Shown one piece after another: positions 53,200 to 64,000 of a stretch of 64,000 bases of DNA; the first letter of the stretch is position 1, and every line of letters starts with the position of its first letter. The stretch is from Eledone cirrhosa (taxonomy: Eukaryota). Below the pieces are notes generated by a model. The model had not been told where the DNA came from and made no database searches. It was given only the letters and a program-made list of their open reading frames with translations. The position numbers and the translations under genes were made by a program. The stretch lies in NCBI GenBank assembly GCA_964016885.1, contig OZ024744.1:94922001-94986000 (forward strand), written 5' to 3'.

Positions 53200-54942
53200 T
53201 GTTGGTTTGATTCCTGAACTAGGTCTTGTGTTGTGGGTTTGATTCCTGGACTAGGTCTTGTATTATGGGTTTGATTCCTGGACTAGGTCCTGTGTTGTGG
53301 GTTTGATTCCTGGACTAGGTCCTGTGTTGTGGGTTTGATTCCTGGACTAGGTCTTGTGTTGTGGGTTTGATTCCTGGACTAGGTCCTGTGTTGTGGGTTT
53401 GATTCCTGGACTAGGTCCTGTGTTGTGGGTTTGATTCCTGGACTAGGTCCTGTGTTGTGGGTTTGATTCCTGGACTAGGTCCTGTGTTGTGGGTTTGATT
53501 CCTGGACTAAGTTGTGTGCTGTGGTTTTGATTCCTGGACTAGGTTGTGTATTGTGGGTTTGATTCCTGGACTAGGTTGTGTGTTGTGGGTTTGATTCCTG
53601 GACTAAGTCTTGTGTTGTGGGTTTGATTCCTGGACTAGGTTGTGTGTTGTGGGTTTGATTCCTGGACTAAGTCTTGTGTTGTGGGTTTGATTCCTGGACT
53701 AGGTCCTGTGTTGTGGGTTTGATTCCTGGACTAGGTCTTGTGTTGTGGGTTTGATTCCTGGACTAAGTTGTGTGTTGTGGGTTTGATTCCTGGACTAGGT
53801 CCTGTGTTGTGGGTTTGATTCCTGGACTAGGTTGTGTGTTGTGGGTTTGATTCCTGGACTAAGTCTTCTGTTGTGGGTTTGATTCCTGGACTAGGTTGTG
53901 TGTTGTGGGTTTGATTCCTGGACTAAGTCTTGTGTTGTGGGTTTGATTCCTGGACTAGGTCCTGTGTTGTGGGTTTGATTCCTGGACTAGGTCTTGTGTT
54001 GTGGGTTTGATTCCTGGACTAAGTTGTGTGTTGTGGGTTTGATTCCTGGACTAGGTCTTGTGTTGTGGGTTTGATTCCTGGACTAGGTCCTGTGTTGTGG
54101 GTTTGATTCCTGGACTAGGTTGTGTGTTGTGGGTTTGATTCCTAGACTAGGTTGTGTGTTGTGGGTTTGATTCCTGGACTAGGTTGTGTGTTGTGGGTTT
54201 GATTCCTGGACTAGGTCTTGTGTTGTGGGTTTGATTCCTGGACTAGGTCCTGTGTTGTGGGTTTGATTCCTGGACTAGGTTGTGTGTTGTGGGTTTGATT
54301 CCTAGACTAGGTCTTGTGTTGTGGGTTTGATTCCTGGACTAGGTTGTGTGTTGTGGGTTTGATTCCTGGACTAGGTCTTGTGTTGTGGGTTTGATTCCTG
54401 GACTAGGTTGTGTGTTGTGGGTTTGATTCCTGGACTAAGTCTTGTGTTGTGGGTTTGATTCCTGGACTAGGTTGTGTGTTGTGGGTTTGATTCCTAGACT
54501 AGGTCTTGTGTTGTGGGTTTGATTCCTGGACTAAGTCTTGTGTTGTGGGTTTGATTCCTGGACTAGGTTGTGTGTTGTGGGTTTGATTCCTGGACTAGGT
54601 CTTGTGTTGTGGGTTTGATTCCTGGACTAGGTTGTGTGTTGTGGGTTTGATTCCTGGACTAGGTCTTGTGTTGTGGGTTTGATTCCTGGACTAGGTTGTG
54701 TGTTGTGGGTTTGATTCCCGGACTAGTCCCGGACTAGGTCTTGTGTTGTGGGTTTGATTCCTGGACTAGGTTGTGTGTTGTGGGTTTGATTCCTGGACTA
54801 GGTTGTGTGTTGTGGGTTTGATTCCTGGACTAGGTTGTGTGTTGTAGGTTTGATTCCTGGACTAGGTTAGGTGTTGTGGGTTTGATTCCTGAACTAGGTC
54901 GTGTGTTGTGGGTTTGATTCCTGGACTAGGTCGTGTGTTGTG
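53200..54942. repeat. 32-bp minisatellite expanded from the B-box region of a SINE (SINE spans about 53150-55270)
   Basis: TTGTGGGTTTGATTCCTGGACTAGGTCTTGTG about 54 times, between A box tggcctagtgg and core ttcttgagaaaaacacttcatttc. Confidence 0.94.
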
Positions 54943-55530
54943 TTCTTGAGAAAAACACTTCATTTCGTGTTGTTCCAGTATACTTAGTGGAGGCATGTGG
55001 CCTAGTGGTAAAGGTGTTGGGCTTACAATCATAATGTCTTGGATTTGAATCTTGGACTAGGTTATATGTTGTGTTCTTGAGCAAAACATTTCTTTTTACA
55101 TTACTCCAGTATACTTAGCTGAAAATGAGTATCAGCTACAGCAGTAGGTTTAACCCAGCAATGAACTGGTGATCTGTTCAAGAGAGGGGAGTCTTGTACT
55201 CTCAGTCACTTTACACTATGGAAACTGAGATAAGCACCAATTAGATGGGCCTCCGATCTCAAGACAGACTTTAGATATACAGGTAAAATACCATTCTAAT
55301 GAATACCAACATAACAAATTTTTCAGTAGAACAAAATTTTTTTCAATCCCCAAGGTAATAACAAACAAACACTTGATTTGTTTCAGTCGATCTCATTATA
55401 AAGAATTTTTCGTGACAACAAATTATTTTTTATAGCTTGTGAATATTGTAACAGAATTTCACCGTATATCAATTCATTGTTTTTTTTTGCGTGCCATGTA
55501 TTTCTTACTTGTTTATCATATATATATATA

Positions 55531-56093
55531 TATAGAGAAAATTGTGGTTGGTAATGGCACATGGAATATATAAGAGACAGAATACTTTTTTGTGAAAAAA
55601 CATATAATTTTATAAGGTAAGGAAATAATAAAGGGTATAAAAAATGACCGGTTTCGATGGGTCTGCAAAAGCCATCTTTTCAAATGTTGATTAATATTAA
55701 GAAAAATTAATAAGAAGAAGAGTTAAAATTTGAGATTTGAAAATTCAAGTATAAAATTCATTGTGGGATTTCATAGTAGTTTTCATCTTGGTAGCAGCTC
55801 GTTGACTGCTTCTGGCAGTCAACGAGCTGCTACCAAGATGAAAACTACTATGAAATCCCACAATGAATTTTATACTTGAATTTTCAAATCTCAAATTTTA
55901 ACTCTTCTTCTTATTAATTTTTCTTAATATTAATCAACATTTGAAAAGATGGCTTTTGCAGACCCATCGAAACCGGTCATTTTTTATACCCTTTATTATT
56001 TCCTTACCTTATAAAATTATATGTTTTTTCACAAAAAAGTATTCTGTCTCTTATATATTCCATGTGCCATTACCAACCACAATTTTCTCTATA
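55531..56093. repeat. perfect inverted repeat, 279-bp arms, 5-nt loop (TTCTG)
   Basis: 55531-55809 is the reverse complement of 55815-56093; flanked by (TA)n; short unpaired tail on the right. Confidence 0.95.
55936..55983 (+). ncRNA. hammerhead-like motif with variant core (mirror copy at about 55641-55688, minus strand)
   Basis: TTGAAAA-gatgg(cttttgcagac)ccatc-GAAA-ccgg-TC; palindromic stem III ACCGGT; stem I weak. Confidence 0.45.
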
Positions 56094-56121
56094 ACCTTCG
56101 TTTTGTGTAGTAAATTACACT

Positions 56122-56157
<36 letters not shown>

Positions 56158-56350
56158 TTTTTTGTGCTACAGCTGAACAAATCTAATGGAAAGAAGTGGT
56201 CAATAAATAGATGTCTTGATAAAAAAAAAACTGGCAAAGCTGACACAATTGTGTAAATATTTGTGTAGGCAGACGCACATTACATACACACACACAAACA
56301 TACACATAATACACAACAGAACATCAATATTACAATAGCAAAAAACATAC

Positions 56351-56365
56351 CTTCCTATACTTTGC
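56351..56365 (-). CDS. candidate 15-nt microexon of the FCHSD2-like gene
   Basis: Minus strand reads tttttctttaatttcaTGCttactAG|GCAAAGTATAGGAAG|GTatgt; open in phase 2 (-QSIG-). Confidence 0.5.
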
Positions 56366-59300
56366 CTAGTAAGCATGAAATTAAAGAAAAATACAACATG
56401 GTTCAAATATTTTTCAGATTTGTAATTATTTATTACAATTGAAAATGTATAAATATAAATAATATGCAAATTATATAGACCTTTTAATTCCTGTAAAAAG
56501 ATTATCTTGAGATTAAAATAAATAAATGAAATGTATGAAACTCAAAGTGGTTCTCAAAGTGGGTGCTACCACCCCCAGGGGGTGCAGGAGCCTAAGAGGT
56601 CAATGGGGGTGGGGGTGGAGCTTAGAGATGATATAATATATATATCATCATCACCATCATCACCGGTAGAATGGACGTAAAACGGTGATGATGATGATGA
56701 TGATGATTTAGCATTTAAACCAGCCATATCTGACCAGAATTCTCCCACATCTTTCTGTTGAAACTGGCTGTAAGTGGCCACTCATACTGATGTTAAGGTA
56801 ATGTTCTCAAAATAAATAATATCGAAATCTCATAGATTCGATATTATGTGAGATATTTATGTGAGGTAAAGCCTTTACCACAAAAATATAATAGTATATA
56901 TAGAGTAATGTAAATGCTAAAGGGTTAAATATCAAATGATACATATTATATATAAACATAGTTAAATAAAAAATATATAATATTTATTTATACATAGTAT
57001 ATATTATATTATTTATTATATATAAACTAACAATTTTATTTATTATATATCATTTACAATTTGTGTGTAGGCAGGTCTCTCTGGGAATAGGGTTGGGGAG
57101 GGGGGGCATTGAAAGTATTACATAGCCATGAGGGGGGAGTGGTGGCCCCAAAAGTTTGAGAACCTCTGATTTAATTAATTAAATAAATAAATTTATAAAT
57201 TAGAATTAATATACAAAAATTACACACAAAAAAAAATCCCCTGATAAATAAATAAATAAATAAATAATTAAACAAAAATGAAATTTATTTGAAAAAAAAT
57301 CACAATTGATTATTAACATAGGCACAAAGCCAGACATTTTATGTGGAGGTGGTGGTTGTGGTGGTGGAGATGGTGGTGGTGGTGATGGTGTTAGTGGTTG
57401 TAGTTGTGGTAGTTGTGGTGATGGTGGTGGTGGTGGTGTTAGTGGTTGTAGTGGTGGGTGTGATGGTTGTGGTGGTGGAGATGGAGCTGGTGGTGTTAGT
57501 GGTTGTAGTGGTGGTGGTGGTGGTGATGGTGTTAGTGGTTGTAGTGGTGCTGGTGGTGGTGATGGTGTTAGTGGTTGTAGTGGTGGGTGTGATGGTTGTG
57601 GTGGTGGAGATGGAGCTGGTGGTGTTAGTGGTTGTAGTGGTGGTGGTGGTGGTGGTGGTGATGGTGTTAGTGGTTGTAGTTGTGGTGCTGGTGGTGGTGA
57701 TGGTGTTAGTGGTTGTAGTGGTGGAGGTGATGGTTGTGGTGGTGGAGATGGTGGTGGAGATGGTGGTGGTGGTGGTGGAGGTGACAATTGTTGTGGTGTA
57801 GTGTGGTGGAGGTGGTGGTTGTTGTTGTGGTGGTGGTGGTGGTGGCAGTGGTGGGAATATAGGTTGCAAACCATTCATGCCTCCCTTTCCCTCCCCTCCC
57901 CTCCCACTACCCCTGCCCCACCCCACATTTCACTGCTACTTCATTTAATCCACATCAACCAGGAAGGGTGTAAGAGAAAGTTGACCTCACTGGAATTTGA
58001 ACTCAGAATACAAAAAGCCATAATTATGTATCATCAGTCATTTTCTCAAATGCTCCAACCGTTCTGCCAATCTAATAATTTTCTTATAAAATTAGTTCTC
58101 TTAGAATTCAGAAAAATTCCAATGTGAGTGAAAGTATTTTTATGCAACTCAAATGCTGACAAATCACAAATGTTGACATTTTGCTAGTAACTGTTATTTC
58201 CTTAACCCTTTAGCATTCACATTATTTTCATCATCATCATCATCATCATCATCGTTTAACGTCCATCTTCCACGCTTGCATGGGTATATATATATTTTAT
58301 ATATACTATTATATTTTCATGGTAAAAGGCTTTATCTCACATAGTTATCTCACATAATATCGAATCTATGAGATTTTGAAAGTATTTATTTTGAGAACAA
58401 TACCTCAACATCAGTTTGAGCGACCAGTTACAGCCAGTTTCAACAGAAAGAGGTAGAGAATTCTGGCCGGTTTGAATATTAAAGGGTTAACCCATTTAAT
58501 AGCAACACGCTGCCTGAAACTGTTCCAGGTTCTATGATACAAAACTCTTGTTTTGTTTTCAAGTGTCTCTATGTTTTAGAGCGTCGGACAATAGGCTTGA
58601 CAGCATACAGTTACGACCCTTTACGTTCTGACTTCTAATCCTGCCAAGGTTAGCTTTGCCTTTCATCCTTACGGGGTCGATAAAATATAGTACCAGTAAT
58701 GCACTGAGGTTGATTTAATCAACTTACCCCTCATCCCTAAATAACTGGCCTTGTGCCTAAATCAGAAACATTTATTATTATTATTGTTGTTAAGGCAGTG
58801 GTTTGGCAGTATCAGTAAAACGTCAGACACCATGCTTTGCAGCATAGAGTTATAGCCCTTTATGTTTTGTGTTTAAATCCCTCCGAGGTTAACTTTGCCT
58901 TTCATCCTTGCGGGGGTGGGGGTGGGGGGTCGATAAAATAAAGTACCAGTAACGTGTGCTGAAACACTGCTACTCTAATGACTCTGGGCCCCTACAATGT
59001 GAGTCTGTGTGTGGTGGGGAGGGGCGGGTGAGCCCAAGCAAAGGCTGTGTCATGGACAGAAAGGATAAAATGTTGCCTTGGAGGATGGTTAAGGATGCAC
59101 ATTGGAATAGCTATTCCAACTTGTGGGGCTCTTCCCACTAAAACATTTAAAACTCTTCTCTTCTTTTTCACCCACTTATTCCTGAGAGGGCCGTGAGGGC
59201 AGTGTCCCTCAAACACTTTTTCCAGCAGGTCCTGTCAGAAGCCACCGTCTCCAATTAATACCTTATTTTATTGAAACCCCCCGTAAGTATGAAAAGGCAA

Positions 59301-60504
59301 AACATGAACATAATAATGGTTTCTTATATAGGCACAAAGCCAACAAATCCCTTTGTTACTTTCAAAACATATTGAAAGACATTGACTGTGTATTTCATTA
59401 GATATCATCATCATCATTATTTCATTTTACGTCTGCTTTTCCCTGCTTGCAAGGGTGGGACGGGAACTGATTCTGGCTTGATTTCTACAGCTGGATGCCC
59501 TTCCTAACTCCAACCTCATTTACAGTGAGGGCTGGGTCCTTTTTTTGCCGTGGCACCTCCACGACCACTTTACAGTGGAATAATAGGGACCCCAGTCCAT
59601 ATCATCTCATTTCTACAGCTGAGTAAACTGGAGCAATGTGAAATAAAGTGTCTTGTTCAAGGAAATAACACACCACCCGGTCTGAGAATTGAACTCACAA
59701 CCTTTCGATTGCAAGCCCAATGCTCTAACCACTAAGCCATGTGCCTCCTAGAAATATGGCAAACAACAGAATAGATATGACCGGTAGACAGGAAAATGGA
59801 TTTATAGGTTTGTCGTGCTTTCAATCCACATGAGACAGGATCAATATAATTCAACAGTGAAAAGGAAACTATTGAATATTTTCATTATTTATGATAACAT
59901 TACAAGTACAAGGGCACAGTAGATTAGTATTAACAGGTAGAGCTTCAAACAACATGCTTTGCAGCATATAGTTACTTTCCTTTACGTTCTGAGTTCAAAT
60001 CCCACCGAGGGAGGTTAGTTTTGCCTTTCAGCCTTACAGGGTTGAGAAAATATAGTACCAGTAATGTACTGGGTTGATTTAATTGACTTTCCCCTTCCCC
60101 AAAATTGTTGGCCTTGTGTTTAAATCAGAAACCATTATTATTATTACTGAATTCAAATCCTGTCATTACGGGGTTGATAAAATAAAGTACCAGTAATACA
60201 CTGGGTGATTGCTGGCCTTGTGCCAAAAGTAGAAACAATTGTTATTATTACTAGATTGGCAATATCGTTAGACTGTCGGACAACATACTTTGTGGCATAT
60301 GGTTACTTCCCTTTACGTTCTGAGTTCAAATCCCACTGAGGGAGATTAGCTTTACTTTTCATTCTTATAGGGAGGGTGGGGGCGATAAAATAAAGTACCA
60401 GTAACATACTGGGGTTGATTTAATCGACTTTTGACATCTTCCCTTCAAATTTCTGGCCTTGAGCCTATATTAAAAACCATTATGTACAACAAACATTTCT
60501 TTAA

Positions 60505-60712
60505 CCCTTTAGCATTTACATTACTCTATATTTACTATTATATTTTAGCAGTAAAGGCTTTATCTCACATAATATTGAATCTATGAGATTTTGATATTAT
60601 TTATTTTGAGAACAATACCTTAACATCAGTATGAGCGGCTAGTTACAGCCAGTTTGAATAAAATGTGGTGAGAGAATTCTGGTCGGATACGGCCAGTTTA
60701 AATGCTAAAGGG
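60505..60712. mobile_element. piggyBac-like MITE; other copies 4822-5042, 32967-33891 (interrupted), 37680-37985, 38001-38198, 47947-48154, 56707-56924, 58206-58486
   Basis: TTAA|CCCTTTAGCATTTA ... TAAATGCTAAAGGG|TTAA termini with TTAA target duplication. Confidence 0.85.
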
Positions 60713-61259
60713 TTAAATTATTGTTATTAGATAAAGGAATAATTATTTATGACTTTAGGTAGTCTCGGATTGCGACTGAGAGATTACAGCTCCAAAATAT
60801 AGAGACATGTAGTTAGAATGTCTACGGAAAGAATTGCTGCACATATTTTATGAGAGAAATGAAATGAACTGACAGGAGACCCCAGAGGTAGATGAGCCTC
60901 AAGCAAGATGGTTGTGTAATATCCATAGAATCTATTTAGACTTGATCAAAATCTGGTTGCTTCTGATAGGACTCTCTGTAGGGCATGACTGAGGGCTCTG
61001 ACCACACCCCCAAACCTTCTAAGGAATGTGTGAAAGGAGGAGGAGAAGGAGGAGGAGGAGAAGAAGAAGAAGAATCTATCTCATCTGTCTTTCATTCCAA
61101 GTGTCTTACTTTTTTTTTCCTGATTGTCATCTTGCCAGAAAGCTGTATATATACACACACATATATACACATACACACACATACACCCATATATATATAG
61201 ATACGTACACACACACATGCACACACACACATATGCACACACGCATATACATACACACA

Positions 61260-61291
<32 letters not shown>

Positions 61292-61696
61292 TACACACAC
61301 ACACATACACACGCACACATACACACACACACGCACACATACACACACACTCACACACACACACACACAGATATATATGCCATTGATGTAAAACTGTGAT
61401 GATACATATATATATGACAAGTGGAGAGATGCTGTGCTGAATAGGACCCGTCCCACCCTTGCAAGCAGGGAAAAGCAGATGTAAAATGATGATGATGATG
61501 ATGATGATGATATATATATGCGTGTGTGTGTGCGTGTGTATATATAGATGGCAATGATATGTGTGTATATATATAAAGAACAATAAAATACACAAGGTAA
61601 ACTGTTTTATTAAACAAGTTTTATCTCGTTTATTGTATTTTATTACATTCTAACTTCTCCCCCTCAGCTCCCTATAGTTTACTCTTCTTACCTTAC

Positions 61697-61711
61697 CCTG
61701 AACAGCACACA
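61697..61711 (-). CDS. weaker candidate 15-nt microexon
   Basis: Minus strand reads gttctttctAG|TGTGTGCTGTTCAGG|GTaagg; open in phase 2 (-VCCSG); short pyrimidine tract. Confidence 0.25.
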
Positions 61712-61787
61712 CTAGAAAGAACTACATAACCCACTACCACTACACACACACACACACACACATATATATTTACATATATATACACAT

Positions 61788-61844
<57 letters not shown>

Positions 61845-61973
61845 TATGTAGGAGGTGAGTTTTATTGTAGTACAATAAAGCAATGCAGATATCGGATAAG
61901 AAGCACTCTACAGTTTGTAGGACTGGAGTATACATAATATATAAGATCAAAAGATGGTTAAATGAGTTCCATG

Positions 61974-62044
61974 TATTTTATTATGCGCATTTCAAAAACA
62001 AATATCATCATGCAATAACATTTGTGTTTTCATCAGATAAAATA
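61974..62044 (-). ncRNA. type I hammerhead ribozyme, mirror copy on the host-gene sense strand
   Basis: Exact reverse complement of 62126-62196. Confidence 0.8.
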
Positions 62045-62125
62045 GGAGGATATGATATGAAGGTTAAAAACACTTGTGGATAGTGCAGTTTTAAATCAAC
62101 ATTTAACCTTCATATCATGTCCTCC

Positions 62126-62196
62126 TATTTTATCTGATGAAAACACAAATGTTATTGCATGATGATATTTGTTTTTGAAATGCGCATAATAAAATA
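62126..62196 (+). ncRNA. type I hammerhead ribozyme (Penelope-like element associated)
   Basis: Stem I TATTTTAT/ATAAAATA (8 bp); core CTGATGA 62134-62140; long stem II 62141-62176; GAAA 62177-62180; palindromic stem III ATGCGCAT; cleavage triplet AUA ending at 62188. Confidence 0.8.
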
Positions 62197-62342
62197 CATG
62201 GAACTCATTTAACCATCTTTTGATCTTATATATTATATATATGTATATATATATATATATAAATATATCAGTCCAGAAATAGCCGTCAAAACGGCTTGAC
62301 CTCTGCCATTGAGGTCCTGAACCTTTTCCTCTATATATACTG

Positions 62343-62825
62343 TTCAGAGACGTGCAACCAAGCGAATACCCTCCATCAGGCATCTACCATACTCTGAGCA
62401 CCTTGCTTCCCTGGGCATCGATACATTGAAGCTCCGACGCCTGGCAACTGACTTGGTAAACACCCACAAAATTATTAACCATGTTGCCAACAACAACCCT
62501 GAGTACCTTTTTGATTTCCATGTGTCTGACTTTGTGGGCATGCCCACAAAGTCAGACAACAGCACAGTTCCCATGACTTTCGGAAACATTTTTTCACGCT
62601 CAGAGTTGCTGAAGCATGGAACAAACTACCTGCATCAGTTGTTAGCTGTCGAGACACTGCATCCTTTAAGGTCTCCATGCTTCCCGAGATCCGCCAACAC
62701 TACAGCTAACACATACACACATGTACTTCCCTGACATTTGTGTATTATTCTATGTACTATACATACACCTTTGACGAGTTGTAGTGCACCTGAGCACTTT
62801 ACACAATAATTTCATTATTATTATT
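62343..62825 (+). mobile_element. CR1-like LINE 3' fragment with (ATT)n tail
   Basis: VQRRATKRIP..LPYSEHL..LKLRRL..DL..KII and RKHFFTLRVAEAWNKLPASVV, frameshifted. Confidence 0.8.
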
Positions 62826-62836
62826 ATTATATATAT

Positions 62837-62915
<79 letters not shown>

Positions 62916-62994
62916 CATATATATATTTATTTATTATATATATATTATTTCTGGCAATATTATTACAACAATATGACCCTCCCCAAGTATAACA

Positions 62995-63037
<43 letters not shown>

Positions 63038-63669
63038 GTTGGAAGACCAGGTATTCCCATAAAAACCCTAATTAGCAAAATATAATCATTTCAAAGATCC
63101 CCTGTGCTGATAGGAAATGCATAGTCTGTCTACAGGCTAAGCCCACAAACTAACTGCAAAACTAGGAATGTAGTATATAGCATAAGATGTACTGTCCAGC
63201 AATTCTTTCTATAGTCATTCTAACCACATATCTGTATATTTTCGAGCTGTATAATCTCTCAGTTGCAACCTAAGACTACCTAAAATCATAAATGTTTACC
63301 ACACCATATCTGCTATATATATATATGGCTTAGTGGTTAGAGCATTGGGCTTGCAATCGAAAGGTTGTGAGTTCAATTCTCAGACCGGGTGATGTGTTGG
63401 TTCCTTGAGCAAGACACTTTATTTCACACTGCTCCAGTTTACTCAGCTGTAGAAATAAGATGATAGGGACTGGGGTCCCTATCATTCCACTGCAAAGTGG
63501 TCGTGGAGGTGCCACGGCAAAAAAGCACCCAGCACTCACTGTAAATGAGGTTGGTGTTAGGAAGGGCATCCAGCTGTAGAAATCAAGCCAGAATCAGTTC
63601 CCGTCCCATCCTTGCAAGCAGGGAAAAGCAGACGTAAAATGATGATGATGATGATGATGATGATGATGG

Positions 63670-63857
63670 TTGGTAAAAATCAGGTAGACCATAACCCACC
63701 AGAGTACTCAATACTTGAGGTAGTAGAGTGGGTAATATGAAAAGATTCAGGACCCTGACTTCTGAGCTCTGGCCCATTTGACAGCTAGATCCCAAAACAG
63801 TTCAGATCTAGATGTCGAAACGGCAGAAGCTCGGTCATCGGTTTCTTGATCATTCCG
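63670..63857. mobile_element. old degenerate copy of family A hairpin element
   Basis: Shares ccagagtactcaatacttgaggtagtagagtgggtaata tail and a decayed hairpin containing gtcgaaacggc. Confidence 0.6.
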
Positions 63858-64000
63858 GTTAGCGTATCATGGTGCTATAGTAAAAAAAGCATTCTACATT
63901 GATTTTAACAAATATATATCATCATCATCATCATCATCAACGTTTAACGTCCGTGTTCCACGCTTGCATGGGTTTGGACGGGGGTAGTCCCACTTGAGGC

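Larger units (their letters stand above)
61848..62236. mobile_element. Penelope-like fold-back element (about 85-bp unpaired tail plus inverted arms) in a (TA)n tract
   Basis: Arms of about 135 bp are reverse complements; each carries a hammerhead; near-identical family copy at 39672-40075. Confidence 0.7.

Overview
AT-rich, repeat-dense metazoan genomic DNA. The SINE, microsatellite and TE content resembles octopus/cephalopod sequence (inference). The window lies inside one large minus-strand gene that the ORF track misses: an FCHSD2/nervous wreck (nwk)-like F-BAR gene. Seven GT-AG coding exons (31575 down to 4120) splice in frame to an F-BAR-region peptide; its first exons and SH3 exons appear to lie outside the window. 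The introns hold two tRNA-derived SINE families, RTE and CR1-like LINE fragments, a deleted Gypsy element, piggyBac/hAT/Tc1-mariner-type MITEs and several minisatellites seeded inside TEs. Two features stand out. (1) A recurring class of 'tail + fold-back' elements sits in (TA)n tracts and resembles Penelope-like inverted pseudo-LTRs. Several carry type-I hammerhead ribozyme folds, including an intact mirror-image pair at 61974-62196 in which each ribozyme is preceded by its own perfect antisense copy. (2) Three candidate frame-preserving 12-15 nt microexons lie in the >32 kb intron, two with a UGC motif in the polypyrimidine tract. Nearly all listed ORFs are microsatellite or TE artefacts. 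Repeat boundaries were read by eye and are approximate.
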